This document shows positions 1-13,229 of a stretch of 64,000 nt of DNA, in pieces. Source of the DNA: Octopus vulgaris. Its lineage: Eukaryota. The stretch lies in the NCBI GenBank assembly GCA_951406725.2, contig OX597821.1, positions 91,822,001-91,886,000 on the forward strand, given 5' to 3'. A program made the translations under genes and the position numbers. The stretch's first letter is position 1, and the number at the start of each line of letters is the position of its first letter. The notes beneath the pieces were generated by a model, which saw only the letters and a list, made by a program, of their open reading frames with translations, was not told where the DNA came from and ran no database searches.

Positions 1-165
1 ACTCACTACACTCTTGAAATGGTTAACATTAGGAAGGACATCCAGCCTTAGAAACCATGCCAAGTCAGGCTGGAGCCTTGTGCAGCTCTCTGGCTACCAG
101 TTCCAGTCAAACCATCTAACCCATGCCAGCAAGAACAAGGATGTTAAATGATGATGATGATGATG
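1..165 (+). mobile_element. RTE-type 3' end with (GAT)n tail
   Basis: TTAGGAAGGACATCCAGCC..AACCCATGCCAGCA..GTTAAATGATGATG. Confidence 0.75.
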
Positions 166-299
166 AAATCTGAGAGATTGCTTTGGTCCATTGGTACATT
201 GCCTGTCGTGTCTACAGGAGATGTGGTCTCACATCCCACAGGTAGCCTTGGCTGAGAGAGGGGGTGTTAAGGATATGCCTGCTTGCATTAACATACATG

Positions 300-450
300 A
301 TTTTACTTTGCTTCACATATATTCTCAAGTACAGTAAACTGAAGTCTTATTTCCTTGTTAGTCATCTCCTCTGTGACACCCAAAGACTGAAGATCCTTTC
401 TCACCACTTCGTCTCACATCTTTTTGGGTCTACCCCCTTTCACACGTCTC
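300..450 (-). mobile_element. RTE LINE ORF2 C-terminal fragment
   Basis: Minus strand translates RGRPKKM*DEVVRKDLQSLGVTEEMT. Confidence 0.6.
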
Positions 451-472
451 CTCCATAATTAGAGATCAGTAC

Positions 473-547
<75 letters not shown>

Positions 548-549
<2 letters not shown>

Positions 550-1147
550 GCACAACAGTCTTCTGTTTGGAGTGATCACTAGTGATGGCAATGTTATACC
601 TCCATTCATCTTCCCACACAGCTTCAGCGTCAACACAGAGGCCTACATCAAGTACCTGGAGGAAATAGTGCCGCTCTGGATCAAGAGGGTGGCTACTGGA
701 AGATCTTATGTCTGGCAACAGGACTCTGCACTATCCCACACAAGTAGTAGAACCCAATCATGGCTGTTAGAACAATTTCTGTGACCACATCACCCCTAAC
801 ATCTGGCCACCTAACTCCCCAGACTGCAACACCCTTGATTATTATATGTGGGGTGCAGTTGAGTGAGAAACCAACAAAACTCCTGGTAACACCAAAGATA
901 ACTGAAGACAGAGATTATGGCAGCATTCATCAAGTTAAACAAGAAGACTGTCAAAAAGAGTTGCAGGAGATTCTGAAGTCATCTGGAAGGCATGGTTGAA
1001 GTCAATGGCGATTTTATTGAATAAATTTAATCTTTCATATTTCGAAATATTTTTATGTAATTTTGGTAAATATATTTGTTAAAATGAGATGTCAGTATTA
1101 TTTTCATTTTTGCCTAATTTAGACGATAGTTTATTCACTGCACTTTG
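548..1147 (+). mobile_element. maT-like (DD37D) Tc1/mariner relic, 3' half with right TIR
   Basis: Frameshifted transposase FGVITSDG..PPFIF..WQQDSA..WPPNSPDCNTLDYYMWG, with 37 aa between the 2nd and 3rd D after frameshift repair. Ends TTTATTCACTGCACTTTG|TA. Confidence 0.85.
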
Positions 1148-1166
1148 TATATATATGTGTGTGTGT

Positions 1167-1437
1167 GTGGCGGAACATGGCCTAGTGGTTAGAGCAGTGA
1201 ACTCGCGGTCGAGGGATCGCAGGTTCGAATCTCAGACCAGCCGATGTGTGTGTTTATGAGCAAAACACTTAAGCTCCATGCTGCTCTGCCAGAAGGTAAT
1301 GGCAAACTTCTGCTTGCTCGTTCGCCACAACTTTCTCTCACTCTTTCCTTCTGCATCTATATGTGGGGAACCCATACACCAATGAAACCAGGAAACTGAC
1401 CCTTATGAGCCAGGCATGGCTCAAGAAGGAACAACAT
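1167..1437 (+). mobile_element. tRNA-derived SINE of the related family
   Basis: A box TGGCCTAGTGG, B box GGTTCGAATC, and the shared body ACAACTTTCTCTCACTCTT. Confidence 0.8.
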
Positions 1438-1499
1438 CAATATATATATATATATATATATATATGTATAAATATATATATATATATATATCTGTAGAA

Positions 1500-1533
<34 letters not shown>

Positions 1534-1879
1534 GCACACATGTGTGTGTGGTTGTGTATGTGTCATATACGTCATTATACATCATTTTGCAGGCCATAAG
1601 TTACTGCAGTTCTCTCAGTAATATCAAATGGCTGAGCAGATTCTCCTAAAGAGGTCGGATGTTAATCCATCAAAATAGTGTTAAGAAATTCTAGAGTTTC
1701 AATGTATCATAAATATTTGCCATTCCAATATTCTGTTTAGCTAACAGCTTTAAAATACTTTGGCTGTTTTTTCGTGGTGCATCAGCAATTGTAGAGAAGA
1801 CGTTTGTAGTAGTGAATTTGTTGTTCTTCTTGTCATTGCCATCATCATTATTGTTCCTAGTATTACTGCCTTCGTTAGT

Positions 1880-2100
1880 ATTATTGCTGTTGTTGTTGTT
1901 GTTGCTGCAGCTGGTGTTACTGTTGTTGTTGTTGTTGATGCTGTTATTGCTGTAGTTGTTGTTGTCATTGCTATTGCTACTGCTGCTACTACTGCTGTTG
2001 CTTCTTCTTCTTTTTCTTCTCCTTCTTCTCCTTCTTCTTCTTCTTCTTCTTCTTCTTCTTCTTCTTCTTCTTCTTCTTCTTCTTCTTTCTTCTTCTTCTT
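1880..2100 (+). repeat. Compound (GTT)n/(CTT)n microsatellite
   Basis: Direct reading. Confidence 0.95.
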
Positions 2101-2390
2101 CCCATCAGGACTCCACGCCATTAGCCACAAAGAATAATCTCTAACTCGAACCTACTCTAAGCTACTAAGAATGCGGGTGGCAACTTGAAGATCCACCCAC
2201 CATACGCAATAGACTGGTGGTTGTACGGGCGCAAAAGCTATGTTGTATTCCGTAAACGGTGGCTTTTAACGGGTAGAAAGCTGAACCATCCTGGGATACA
2301 GAGGATTCGCAATCTAGACTAGGGTTTGAAAGTTTACCACACCATAGTGGTTTACACCATGGTGTAAGCCTCGTAAAATAAGTAAGCTTC

Positions 2391-2757
2391 GTACTTATTC
2401 TATCAGTCTCTTTTGCTGAACCACTAAGTTACAGGGACGTAAACAGACCACCATCAGTTGTCAAGCAATGTTGGGGGGACAAAGATAAACACATAAATAC
2501 ACATGCACACAGATATACATATATATATGTTGTCAAGTAATGTTGGGGTGACAAACACAGACACGCAAACACACACGCACACAAACACATATGTACGACA
2601 GGCTTCTTTCAGTTTCTGTCTACCAAATCCACTCACAAGGCTTTGGTCGACCCAAGGCTATAGTAAAAGACACTTGCCCAAGGTGCCACACAGTGGGACT
2701 GAACCTGGAACCATGTGGTTGGTAAGCAAGCTACATACCACACAGCCACTCCTATGC
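2391..2757 (-). mobile_element. SINE family A copy
   Basis: Reverse-complement match to 5942-6341. Confidence 0.88.
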
Positions 2758-3652
2758 GTATTGAAAAGAAACATGTTCAAAAATGTAAGGACACAGTTAC
2801 TGTGTCATATAGCCAGCTGGAAACAATGTTTCTTGGGGCTGAACAACAGTAACATTTATCCAGTCCAGGACTGCTACATTATATTGGCAAATGGTCTTTG
2901 CTTTTCAGTATGAAATTCTAGTTAAAAAGTGTGCTTCTACCAAGTTCTTCCATCTTCTTCATGTAGACCTTAGTGGCAGATTTTGGAAGGGTTTTAAAAA
3001 TTGAGTTTGCTTACTATTCAGGTGTTGACATGTTACTTGAGGTTGTTAGCTCAGTGTTTATTGTGTCGAGAGTGTTATAACAAGTGAAGATGACAATTAA
3101 TTAGTGTTGCAGTCTGCTGAGTTGAAAAATAAAAATAGAGATTTTATTATGATAAGGTAGACTTGTGAAAATTATGATTCAGTCAGTAATCATTGATATC
3201 TAACACAACAGATCTCATGAAAAGCAATAGTAGAAATTAGGAGTCTGAAGAGTCTTTCTTATAATCTTGTATTTTCTGAATATGGGTACCAGTCATAAAA
3301 CAGAAGGAAAAAGAAAAAGAAGGGATCACATGTTAGCTGATGGCTCTGCTATCTATTATAACAATCTCTCTACAGTCTTTCAGCAAACCAAAATTTCTAG
3401 AAAATCCAAGCATTTGTTATTTAATATTATTAGTCGTCCAACTTCAGTTGGTGACACTATGAGGTTCCAGAACTCCATGGTGTTTTCAAGTAGCTAGTGA
3501 GTTCATAAATTACCAGTTCTATCATCTGACAGTAATCCACTAACTAGATTGGTTGACCCTAGACTAACCATTGACTGAAGAGGCTCTTCTGCTCCAGGCT
3601 GCATCATGTGGTTTTGCTGAATGAAGATATATATATATGTGTGTGTATGTAA

Positions 3653-3733
<81 letters not shown>

Positions 3734-5941
3734 GAGAACATTCTTTTCTTTGTAGTTTGATTGTAGGTAATCTACTTCTAGCATATGGCTGACCACATAG
3801 TGGTTTTTAACTCTTTAAATATACACATGTATTAGAATTTTCTCTGATCTTTTAGATTTTTGTATGCTAGGCTACTGGTTTTAAATTGATATTAATTAAA
3901 TTAATATTCAATTTATCTTCCTCATTATTTAAATTATATATATATATATGTATGTGTGTGTGTATACATATATATATATATATACATACATGCTGTTGAC
4001 TCTTATGAGTTCCTCAACCCTCTGATGGGTTTGGTCTTTCATTCCATAGAATGTCAAAATAACCTTCCTCACCAAGCAAGCTTGGTGGGGTTTCTGGTTT
4101 AGTCACCAACAACCCAACCATGCGACAGGTTGTATTGCATTACATGTTACCAGTAGCACTCAAGAGTGACCTGACAAGCATTTAACATTTAAATATGTTC
4201 TTAATGTGTTCGATGTTACTGATTAGATGTGGTTGTAGTCTTTGAAGGCAATAGTAAAACTTTACAATACACATAGTGTTCCCCCAAAGTTGAATCTGAA
4301 ATCCAACTTTTTTAAATTAAAAATGCAACCTGCATTATAGTTTCTTTTTAGATTTGTGTCAAGACATTATGACATGTCTAGGTGACATCTTAGATTGAAG
4401 AATAATTGCAACATTGCTAAATACAAATTTTCAGTTGAAAGGAAAAAATAAATTCAAAGATATTTCTTCATTGTTTTTCTGTGTATTTACAATTGCTATT
4501 ATTTACACCATTTAATAATGTGAAAGCTGGAATTTGAGTGATTTCCAATACCTGCAATTAGTTTACAGTTCACCTGTTTAATTCAAACAAACTCCCTTAT
4601 TATTTCCATTGCCAGCGTAAATTGAACTCTTCTAAAACACTTGTAAATTGGTAATGAATTATGGCGCTTTTAGCAAACTACCCATTATTTGGTCTCTGCT
4701 TGTGTAGGATCAGGTTTTAAATTACCTGTAAAGCTTATCAGTTTGACATGACCTGAACATGCCATCAGGTCACTCCAAACCAACAATTTCTTAGCATCTT
4801 TTGTCCAAAGTTTTGATTATTTTACATGCTTTCATCACACAGCTATCTATAAATCATATAGGATCATGTCCCATTTTAATATTTATTTCCAAAATATTGC
4901 TTATTTTACACCAGCAAATGTACTACTTTCTTGCAAACATCTTAGTAAATAACAAGGTTTATCCTTGTGTACAAGATTTCTGATAATGAATGATTTGTCC
5001 ACAGTTGATTGTCTTTACTGATATCAGCTGATGGCAGATGATCTTCCAATTCAACCAAGGAAACTATGTTTCTGTTGCATTTTCAAACTGCTACCATCTG
5101 TTAGTCATATTTTTTGGCAGAAATGTTATAGTTTTCAGGAACAAAGTGCAAATTGAACTCAACATGAACAAATATGGAACACACCTCTAAGCAAACTGTT
5201 TTACATACTCACAAGTCTACCAATCCATCTTGGACTGGTACACTTTTTTTTTTTATTAACTTTGAAAGGATAAAGGCAAAGTTGACCTTCAGCTCAGAGT
5301 GCAGAGAGTTGAACCAAATTATTCATTGCATTCTATACAGTTCTCTAACAAATCTGCTGGTAAAAATAATATTGATTTATGACACTTGTATATGAGCACA
5401 CACTTGAAAGAAGAAAGGGAACCACAATATTTAATTGACACACATTTCATCTCTTCTGTAAGAACAAAAAGTAAGGCCAAACTCAACAGGAAGCCAGCCA
5501 ATTAAGTTATTTTTCTTTAGTGCTTGCCTGAATATATACTTTAATCTTATGTTTGCATCTTTATATAGATCTTTCACATATAAGAAATATTTATTGGTTT
5601 TTAATTATTTTATACGAACATTTGAAATTATCTTTCTAATTTTGATATCTGTTAATCACCCAGTGGCATTGTGTGCATTTCGGCCACCCTGTATGGTAGC
5701 CAAATTGGCTGCCTTTTTTTAAAAAAAAAATGTGACATACATTTGACTATATTAAGCATAGCATACTTATATAAAGTAGCTGCTCTGTATGTATGGCTGT
5801 GTGGTTCACACACCATGAACATTCGATGCTACTGCAATATACCTAAACATCACTTAAATAAGAATGTTGCATATTTACAGTTAAGTAGACTGAGACAAAG
5901 CATATAACATATCATACTTTAGAACACAATTGAATAAATAT

Positions 5942-6341
5942 TGGCTGTGTGGTAAGTAGCTTGCTAACCAACAACATGGTTCCGGGTTCAGTCCCACTGC
6001 GTGGCATCTTGGGCAAGTGTCTTCTGCTATAGCCCCGGGCCGACCAATGTCTTGTGAGTGGATTTGGTAGACGGAAACTGAAAGAAGCCTGTCATATATA
6101 TGTATATATATGTATGTATGTGTATGTGTGTGTGTTTGTCCCCCTAGCATTGCTTGACAACCGATGCTGGTGTGTTTACGTCCCCGTCACTTAGAGGTTC
6201 GGCAAAAAGAGACCGATAGAATAAGTACTGGGCTTACAAAGAATAAGTCCCGGGGTCGATTTGCTCGACTAAAGGCGGTGCTCCAGCATGGCCGCAGTCA
6301 AATGACTGAAACAAGTAAAAGAGTAAAAGAGAGTAAAAGAG
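5942..6341 (+). mobile_element. CORE-like SINE family A (internal TA/TG microsatellite, GTAAAAGA tail)
   Basis: TGGCTGTGTGGTAAG..GGTTCAGTCCC..TTGGGCAAGTGTCTT..GACTGAAACAAGTAAAAGAG. About 11 copies in the window. Confidence 0.9.
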
Positions 6342-6494
6342 TATACTACATTTTCTAGACAATGGCATCATCAAATACTGAATTCATTACATTTATGTGT
6401 GTGAGAGGTTATCTGTATAATTCAAAATATAAAGGTACTTTGTTCAAAACAACAATTTATCAATTTTCTTGGTGTGGTTTATATGTTGGATGTA

Positions 6495-6795
6495 GTTTGG
6501 CATCATCCTTAGATGTACAACTGATGTAATATTCCTTGTTAGGAAACTGCAGAAGTACTTGGCTAAGAGCAAACCACTATTTCTGACATTTGTTGACTTA
6601 GAAAAGGCATATACTAATTTGGTTACCACTAAAGAAATGAAGTGTAGGTATATTGCTTGCAAGGGTTGTACAATTTATGTACAAAGATACAGTAAGTAAA
6701 ATGATAGTCAACAATGATTTCAATAAGAAATTTAATGTGATAGTTGAAGTCCATCAAGGCTCATTCCCAAAACCTCTCCTATTCTTCATAGTCCA
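6495..6795 (+). pseudogene. Degraded RTE-clade reverse transcriptase fragment
   Basis: TTDVIFLVRKLQKYLAKSKPLFLTFVDLEKAY ... VEVHQGS. Confidence 0.7.
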
Positions 6796-7752
6796 AAACT
6801 AACTGAACCCTACGCAATAACAAAATCCTTACAGGAAGCCAAAATGAATCTCCTCACCATAACTTTCAATCAACCAACCCCTTAAAAACACATCTTTTTC
6901 TCCTATATTCCTCTATTCCTCTTCCTACACAACTACCACACCAGTGTCCTATATAATACATAATTATCATTTATACAGCTCCATCACCCTTCCTACCTCC
7001 CACCCAAAAGAAAACAACAAGTCAAAAGGAACCCAAGTAAAACCCGCTCTGATGACGTTGAGTAAACCGAAACTTTGAAGTTACTGTCGATGTTTCCCTT
7101 GTAAAAGTTAGTACATATAATAAATGGAAAACATTACAAAACTTATTTATTTATGATAGGCTTCTAGAGTTGTATTTAACATAGCGTTACTAACAAAAGC
7201 ATTGCGAATATTTACTGTTTTTGGTTTCGTTCTTCATCAACTCTTACAAGTTTTACAGTGGTTTATGTTTAAACAATCAACCTCGAAAGAAAAGTTTTGA
7301 CTTGGGCCAAAACAACAACAAAATATATTGAAACGAAAACACAACGACAATGAGGCTTGACGTTACAGCAGAAACATAAATCAGCAGCAACAACAACAGC
7401 AACAACAACAACATAGTAATATTCCAAAACAAAGAACTGAGAAAACATTGGCCTAAAGAATTACTAAAAATTTCTTTGATTGATTGTTTTGTATGACGTG
7501 TGTGTTGGATGTGTGTATATAAGTATGCTGTGCGTATATGAGTTTGAGTGTGTGTGTGTGCATGTGTGTGTGTGTATGTGTCTCAGTTTGTGTGTATGCA
7601 GGTATGTGTGTGTAAATATATCTATATTACTGTAATTTATAAAGTAATTTAGTAATCAATCACTTTGATATTTGCAGGTAAAGAAAGCACCATACTGTCC
7701 GCAGTACTATCGCCAATATCTCCTCATAGTAACTCATACGTTTATAAGCAAT

Positions 7753-7785
<33 letters not shown>

Positions 7786-8315
7786 ATATATGTGTGTGTA
7801 CTTGTAAGTGTGTATATATGCATGTGCGTATGTATGAGTGTGTGTCTTTACATTATATCATATTATATCATATATATCTATGTGAGTGTATGTCTATGTG
7901 TGTGTAAGTATATGTATGCTCTGTTTTTAATTATTTAAATTCTTCCTCTGCAAAAATAGCTGGTTTATAACAAAGATACAAAACTCCATTGTTGGAATGT
8001 AGATAACAAAAGAAAAAAGCACTGTCACATTTTAAACTTAAGAAAAGTCTTGCATATTTTTACTGTTCCACTTACATATTGTACTTTTGATGTGCAATTT
8101 AGTTGGAATCAACATTGGTGCTGCAAATGCTTTATGGTATATTGTCTTATTATAAGAGGAGTGTTTCAACTGCCATAGTTTTTAAAATCTGGCATAATAT
8201 TCTCATCCATCCATCTTTATTCACAGTACCCTCGTATGATGTTTTAATTAATGCCTAGGTACATTGATTGTCTTTTTCCATTTTTACCTTTTGACCATTT
8301 AACCTCTCTCTTTTC

Positions 8316-8723
8316 TCTCTCTTTTACTCTTTTACTTGTTTCAGTCATTTGACTGTGGCCATGCTGGAGCACTGCCTTTAATTGAGCAACTCGACCCCCG
8401 GACTTATTCTTTTGTAAGCCCAGTACTTATTCTATCGGTCTCTTTTGCCAAACCGCTAAGTAATGGGGACATAAACACACCAGCATCGGTTGTCAAGCAA
8501 TGCTAGAGGGACAAACACAGACACACAACACACACACGCATAATAATATGTACATATATATGACGGGCTTCTTTCAGTTTCCGTCTACCAAATCCACTCA
8601 CAAGGCATTGGTCAGCCCGAGGCTATAATAGAAGACACTTGCCCAAGGTGCCACGCAGTGGGACTGAACCCGGAACCATGTGGTTGGTAAACAAGCTACT
8701 TACCACACAGCCACTCCTGCACC
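8316..8723 (-). mobile_element. SINE family A copy
   Basis: Full-length reverse-complement match. Confidence 0.9.
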
Positions 8724-11566
8724 TATTTTTATTTGTATTTATATATATTTGTTTCCACACGTTTAACTTATTCCATAGGCCATCTGCTCTTATATGCAAC
8801 TTTTACCGAAGAAAGCTGTTAAAGTGATAGCCCTAGCAGCTGAGACTGATTCAAAATGGTTATGGCTGATAAGCGACTGCAGATGGAATCCTTCTGAAGA
8901 AGTATAATTCACCCCTCACTGCCCTTCTCTTGTATGGGCTAAGTGATGACATGCTCATGGCCCTGTGATATTCATTGATGATAGAGAAATATTCTCATCA
9001 ATGCAATTGCTTTGATCACCATAAAGCGGAAGATCCCAGAACATCATTATGTACCACCTGTAGCTCCTGCTTGGAGCAAAGTATTTATGTTGCATATTTC
9101 CCTCATTAACCCTTTATGCTTCCAATCTACCCCTGCCTATCTATTTTCAACAAATACTCTCACATTCAACCTAATCTATTGGCTAAGCTGCCCTAATAAT
9201 ATTAGTTATTAACATTTTTGCTTCCACCCTACCTGTTACAATTATTCACACTTTTAATCCCTATATTGCTTTTTCCTTGATTTTTCAATTATCTCCCACA
9301 GGCCTTTTCCCTCTTTTAGTCAACTCCCCAGTTAATCCATATTTTTTTCTTCCTTATTCTCAACATTATTAACTTCCTCAAAAACCTATTTAACCTTGAG
9401 TTGTCTTCCCCCTTAATATCCAAATATTTTCAATTCCTTTACTATTTTTGCTTTAAATTTTTTTCCTCATCAACTTTGCACAGATTTCTTCTTAATTTAA
9501 TTAGTTTATTGATTTAATTTAGTTTAATTTAATTTAGCTTAATTTATTTAAATTATTTCTCCTTTCATTTTAAAATTCTATATCAAACATATTTTCTTTT
9601 TCTTCTTAACATTTTATTAATTTTCTAATTAAAAAAAAAGTAAAATAGAATGTTTTTTAAATATATAAAGTACAATCTTTTTCTCATGTGACTATTTTGT
9701 ACCCACAGAACTGGACATTAATACCCACTATTTTGTTTACAAGACATTTTTCTCACCCACATTATTACCCATCTCATTAAATTTATTAGCTTTTTACTTT
9801 AAATATTTCATCCACTTTTCAATCTGTGTCCCCTTTTGCCTTTCTCTCCCTCTTACACTAACGTGAAATACATTCATTCATGTACCCAGACACACACACA
9901 CACACACACACACATACACATATATATGTGTGTGTATGTACATGCATGTGTATTTTTATTTTTTCTATTTCCTTTACGTATTTTCATTTACTTTACTCAC
10001 TAGTTTTTAATATACTTTTAATAGTTTATTCAGCCCTTCTAAGATTAATTCAGTTTTAATATTCTTCAAAACTTAAAGCAGGAGATACATGAGATGAAGG
10101 GAGGAATATTCTGACTGTAAAGATAGAAAAACAAATTGGTACTTAATTAAAATAAAGTGAAAGATGTATAAAATTCAATTACCTGAAAAAGGCAAAATTT
10201 AAAGTTGGTTTACTAATAGTTTTTAATCCTCTCACCAATTATCTTAGTTAATAGTCTTTGACGCAAAATTTAGGATAGGAAGGCAAAATTTACATATTTA
10301 TGGGGTATTCATAGAATTTCAGTGAACTTCAAAAAAAGATCAAAGATTTTCGAAGAAATTTGGTGTACACGTGCACACATGTATATCGTGACTCATACAC
10401 TGTTCCTTTTCCTGACTTTTGTACATAATTCTATGTACTGTACATGCACTTTTGATAAACTGTAGAACTAGACACAGTAATTTCATTATATTATAACAGT
10501 CATTCTGCAGCAGTTTTTTAGAATACATTTGTTTTGGTGACTACACTTCAAAAATAAGCATATTCCTAAAATTCAGACTGAAAGGAGACATCAGTATACA
10601 AGCATTTGATTGTGAATTTATTCAATCAGTGCTGACTCAGGTCATGTATAAATTATGCTAATTTTTAAGGTCTACTCATATACAAAAGTGTACATCCTAG
10701 TGATTCTGTCGGCACTATTTCAGCAAGTAAGGAGAAGTCTGCTTCACTGAGGAGGTTTAATAAGATTCAAACATGAATGAAGTTGTCTTCCCTACTTGCC
10801 AGAACAATTACAATATCAGTCATTGTTTTATTTTATTTTAACCTTATTATTATATCTAATAAACTTTTTAATGTTCTGTATATAGACACTATTTTGACTG
10901 TGGTTTTTGAAGGATATAGCATCCCTAAGTACTTTATTATCTAAATCAACCATACCCTTGTGCTACAAATTTGTGACATTATGCTGAATTATAATTAAAT
11001 AATGATAAAGATAATTACTATTATCATTAAATTTTAATTATCTCTACACACAACAAAGGTTTCCTCAACATGGAAATGAAAGCTTTTCTGCAACCCAAAC
11101 TGAAAGTGATAAGAGAAGCCTACTCTTAAAATAAATTTTCAACTTAATGCATTATAAATCCATAATAGCACAATGTTCCCTCTAGCAAACACTGACTAAT
11201 ATCTTTGATATGCAACAGTTTTTGTAACACTATTGCATGCAATCATTATTTTATAATTAACATACTAAATTCACACAATATTCAACCATAACAGATATTC
11301 TGCATTCATTGACCAAATTTATTGTAATAAAACATTACAGTTTATTTACTGTATCCTTATATGATACAAAAAAGCAGTTGTTACTGTTACTGACATGCTT
11401 TTTCAACTCAGCTGTTGCTGAACTATGGAACTGCTCTAAATGATCAAGCCATAACCTGGGACTATCACTGTCATCCCATCTTCACTATTCAACTATGATT
11501 AACCCTTTCATTAATGAATTTATTTTGAGATGCTCTGTGCTTCTTTCAGTTAATTTTAAATATAAC

Positions 11567-12172
11567 CTCCGTGCCGGTGGCACGTAAAAGCACCATCCGC
11601 TCGTGTCCGTTGCCAACCTCGCCTGGCCCCCGTGAAAAAGCACCATCCGTTCGTGGCCGTTGCCAGTGCCACCCCGACTGGCCTCCGTGCCGGTGGCACG
11701 TAAAAGCACCATCCGTTCGTGGCCGTTTGCCAGCACCGTCTGGCGCCTGTGCGGGTGGCACGTAAAAAGCACCCACTACACTCGTGGAAGGGCATCCAGC
11801 CGTAGAAACACTGCCAGATCAGACTGGGCCTGATGCAGCCTTCTGGCTTCACAGCAGAATGTCACAAATTTGTAGCACAAGGGTATGGTTGATTTAGATA
11901 ATAAAGTACTTAGGGATGCTATATCCTTCAAAAACCACAGTCAAAATAGTGTCTATATACAGAACATTAAAAAGTTTATCAGATATAATAATGAGGTTAA
12001 AAAAAAATAAAACAATGACTGATATTGTAATTGTTCTGGCAAGTAGGGAAGACAACTTCATTCATGTTTGAATCTTATTAAACCTCCTCAGTGAAGCAGA
12101 CTTCTCCTTACTTACTTGAACCGTCCAACCCATGCTAGCATGGAAAACAGACGCTAAATGATGATGATGATG
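11567..12172 (+). mobile_element. RTE-LINE 3'UTR-type retroposon with ~60-bp tandem units and (GAT)n tail, interrupted by an inverted genomic copy
   Basis: Repeated GTGCCGGTGGCACGTAAAAGCACC units, then GAAGGGCATCCAGCCGTAGAAAC and CCAACCCATGCTAGCATGGAAAAC..(GAT)n. Same family at 48282-48500 and 53748-54015. Confidence 0.8.
11852..12113 (-). repeat. Inverted duplicate of 10725-10986
   Basis: 262 bp reverse complement with only a few mismatches. Confidence 0.95.
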
Positions 12173-12619
12173 ATAACAAAAAATTTAGTAAGATAACTCA
12201 GTTATCATTAAGCTAGTGTTACGAACATAAATTGTGAGTAAGGTTTGGTGGAAGATTTTAATTCAAAACCTATGAAAACAAGACATTTGTGCTACAGAGC
12301 AAGAGGCAGTTTCAGCCAGGTTGGCATCGAAAGGGTTAAAGGGGGCAGGATTTGAAGCATGTTGGGGCCTGTAGTTCTTTTTAAAATAGTGCTTACCAAA
12401 ACAGATTTTAATGCTACAAACACATTAAGATGAGATCAAGTAATCATACAAAAATTCCTTCAATGTTCTTATTACCCTATGTTACCGATAAAGGTAGTTG
12501 TTACTGTTCATCAAAAGTGACAATTCTTGTAAAATCAGATAAATATATTTACCTCAGATAAATACACTTACTACAAGGTAAAGCCAGTAAAGTTACATTC
12601 TCAAATGACTCAAATTGAC

Positions 12620-12842
12620 TCATAAGAGCTGGTTCCCTAATTTTAAGGTGTATATATTTTCACCTGGATGGGACACTAGTCCATCACAAAGTTACTCAAT
12701 TTTTGTCAGCTGAGCTAACTGGAGAGATGTGAAATGAAGAGTTTTGCTCAAGAACACAATGTATCAACCGGTCCAGGAATCAAAACCACAATCTTCCAAT
12801 CATAAGTCCAACACCCTAACCACTAAGCCACAAACCTCCACA
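12620..12842 (-). mobile_element. Old tRNA-headed CORE-like SINE
   Basis: Minus strand GTGGCTTAGTGGTTAGGG..GGTTTTGATTCC..TTCTTGAGCAAAAC..GATGGACTAGTGTCCCATCCAGG. Confidence 0.65.
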
Positions 12843-13229
12843 CTTACTATAAGAAGTAAAATCCTAAAACATTCTGGCTAAAGCTCTTGATCAGAGCATT
12901 GAAGGTAAAGGTGATGTTAGTCCAGTTAGGGGTACAGGAAGATTTCCAACTCCCTTGTCACCTACTATTTTTAAAGGATAAGTTTGTATAGAATCAGGCT
13001 TTAATATCTCACAGCAAACTTTCCAAACTCAGCTTATTTTAGATATTATTGCCAGTCAAGATTCTCACTAGTTTCTACTGAGGCTAGTTGTTCATTAATT
13101 TTCATTTTATTGCAATTAATGCTTCAGTTTTTCATGTATTTTACATCTGCTTTTCAATGCTAGCATGGATTAGACAAATATATATATCATTGGGGCATTA
13201 TTTTTTACAAATAACAACACAAAATTTGG

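Larger units (their letters stand above)
11503..12335. mobile_element. piggyBac-like MITE interrupted by a retroposon
   Basis: TTAA|CCCTTTC ... GAAAGGG|TTAA ends. The 11567-12172 insert is flanked by an ATAAC duplication. Confidence 0.7.

Noticed and set aside
2503-2913. Recurrent ORF motif [29 protein letters not shown]
   Set aside because: Antisense translation of SINE family A, not a protein family.
11567-11785. CRISPR-like repeat/spacer appearance
   Set aside because: The intervening segments are themselves homologous, the context is a eukaryotic retroposon, and there are no cas genes.
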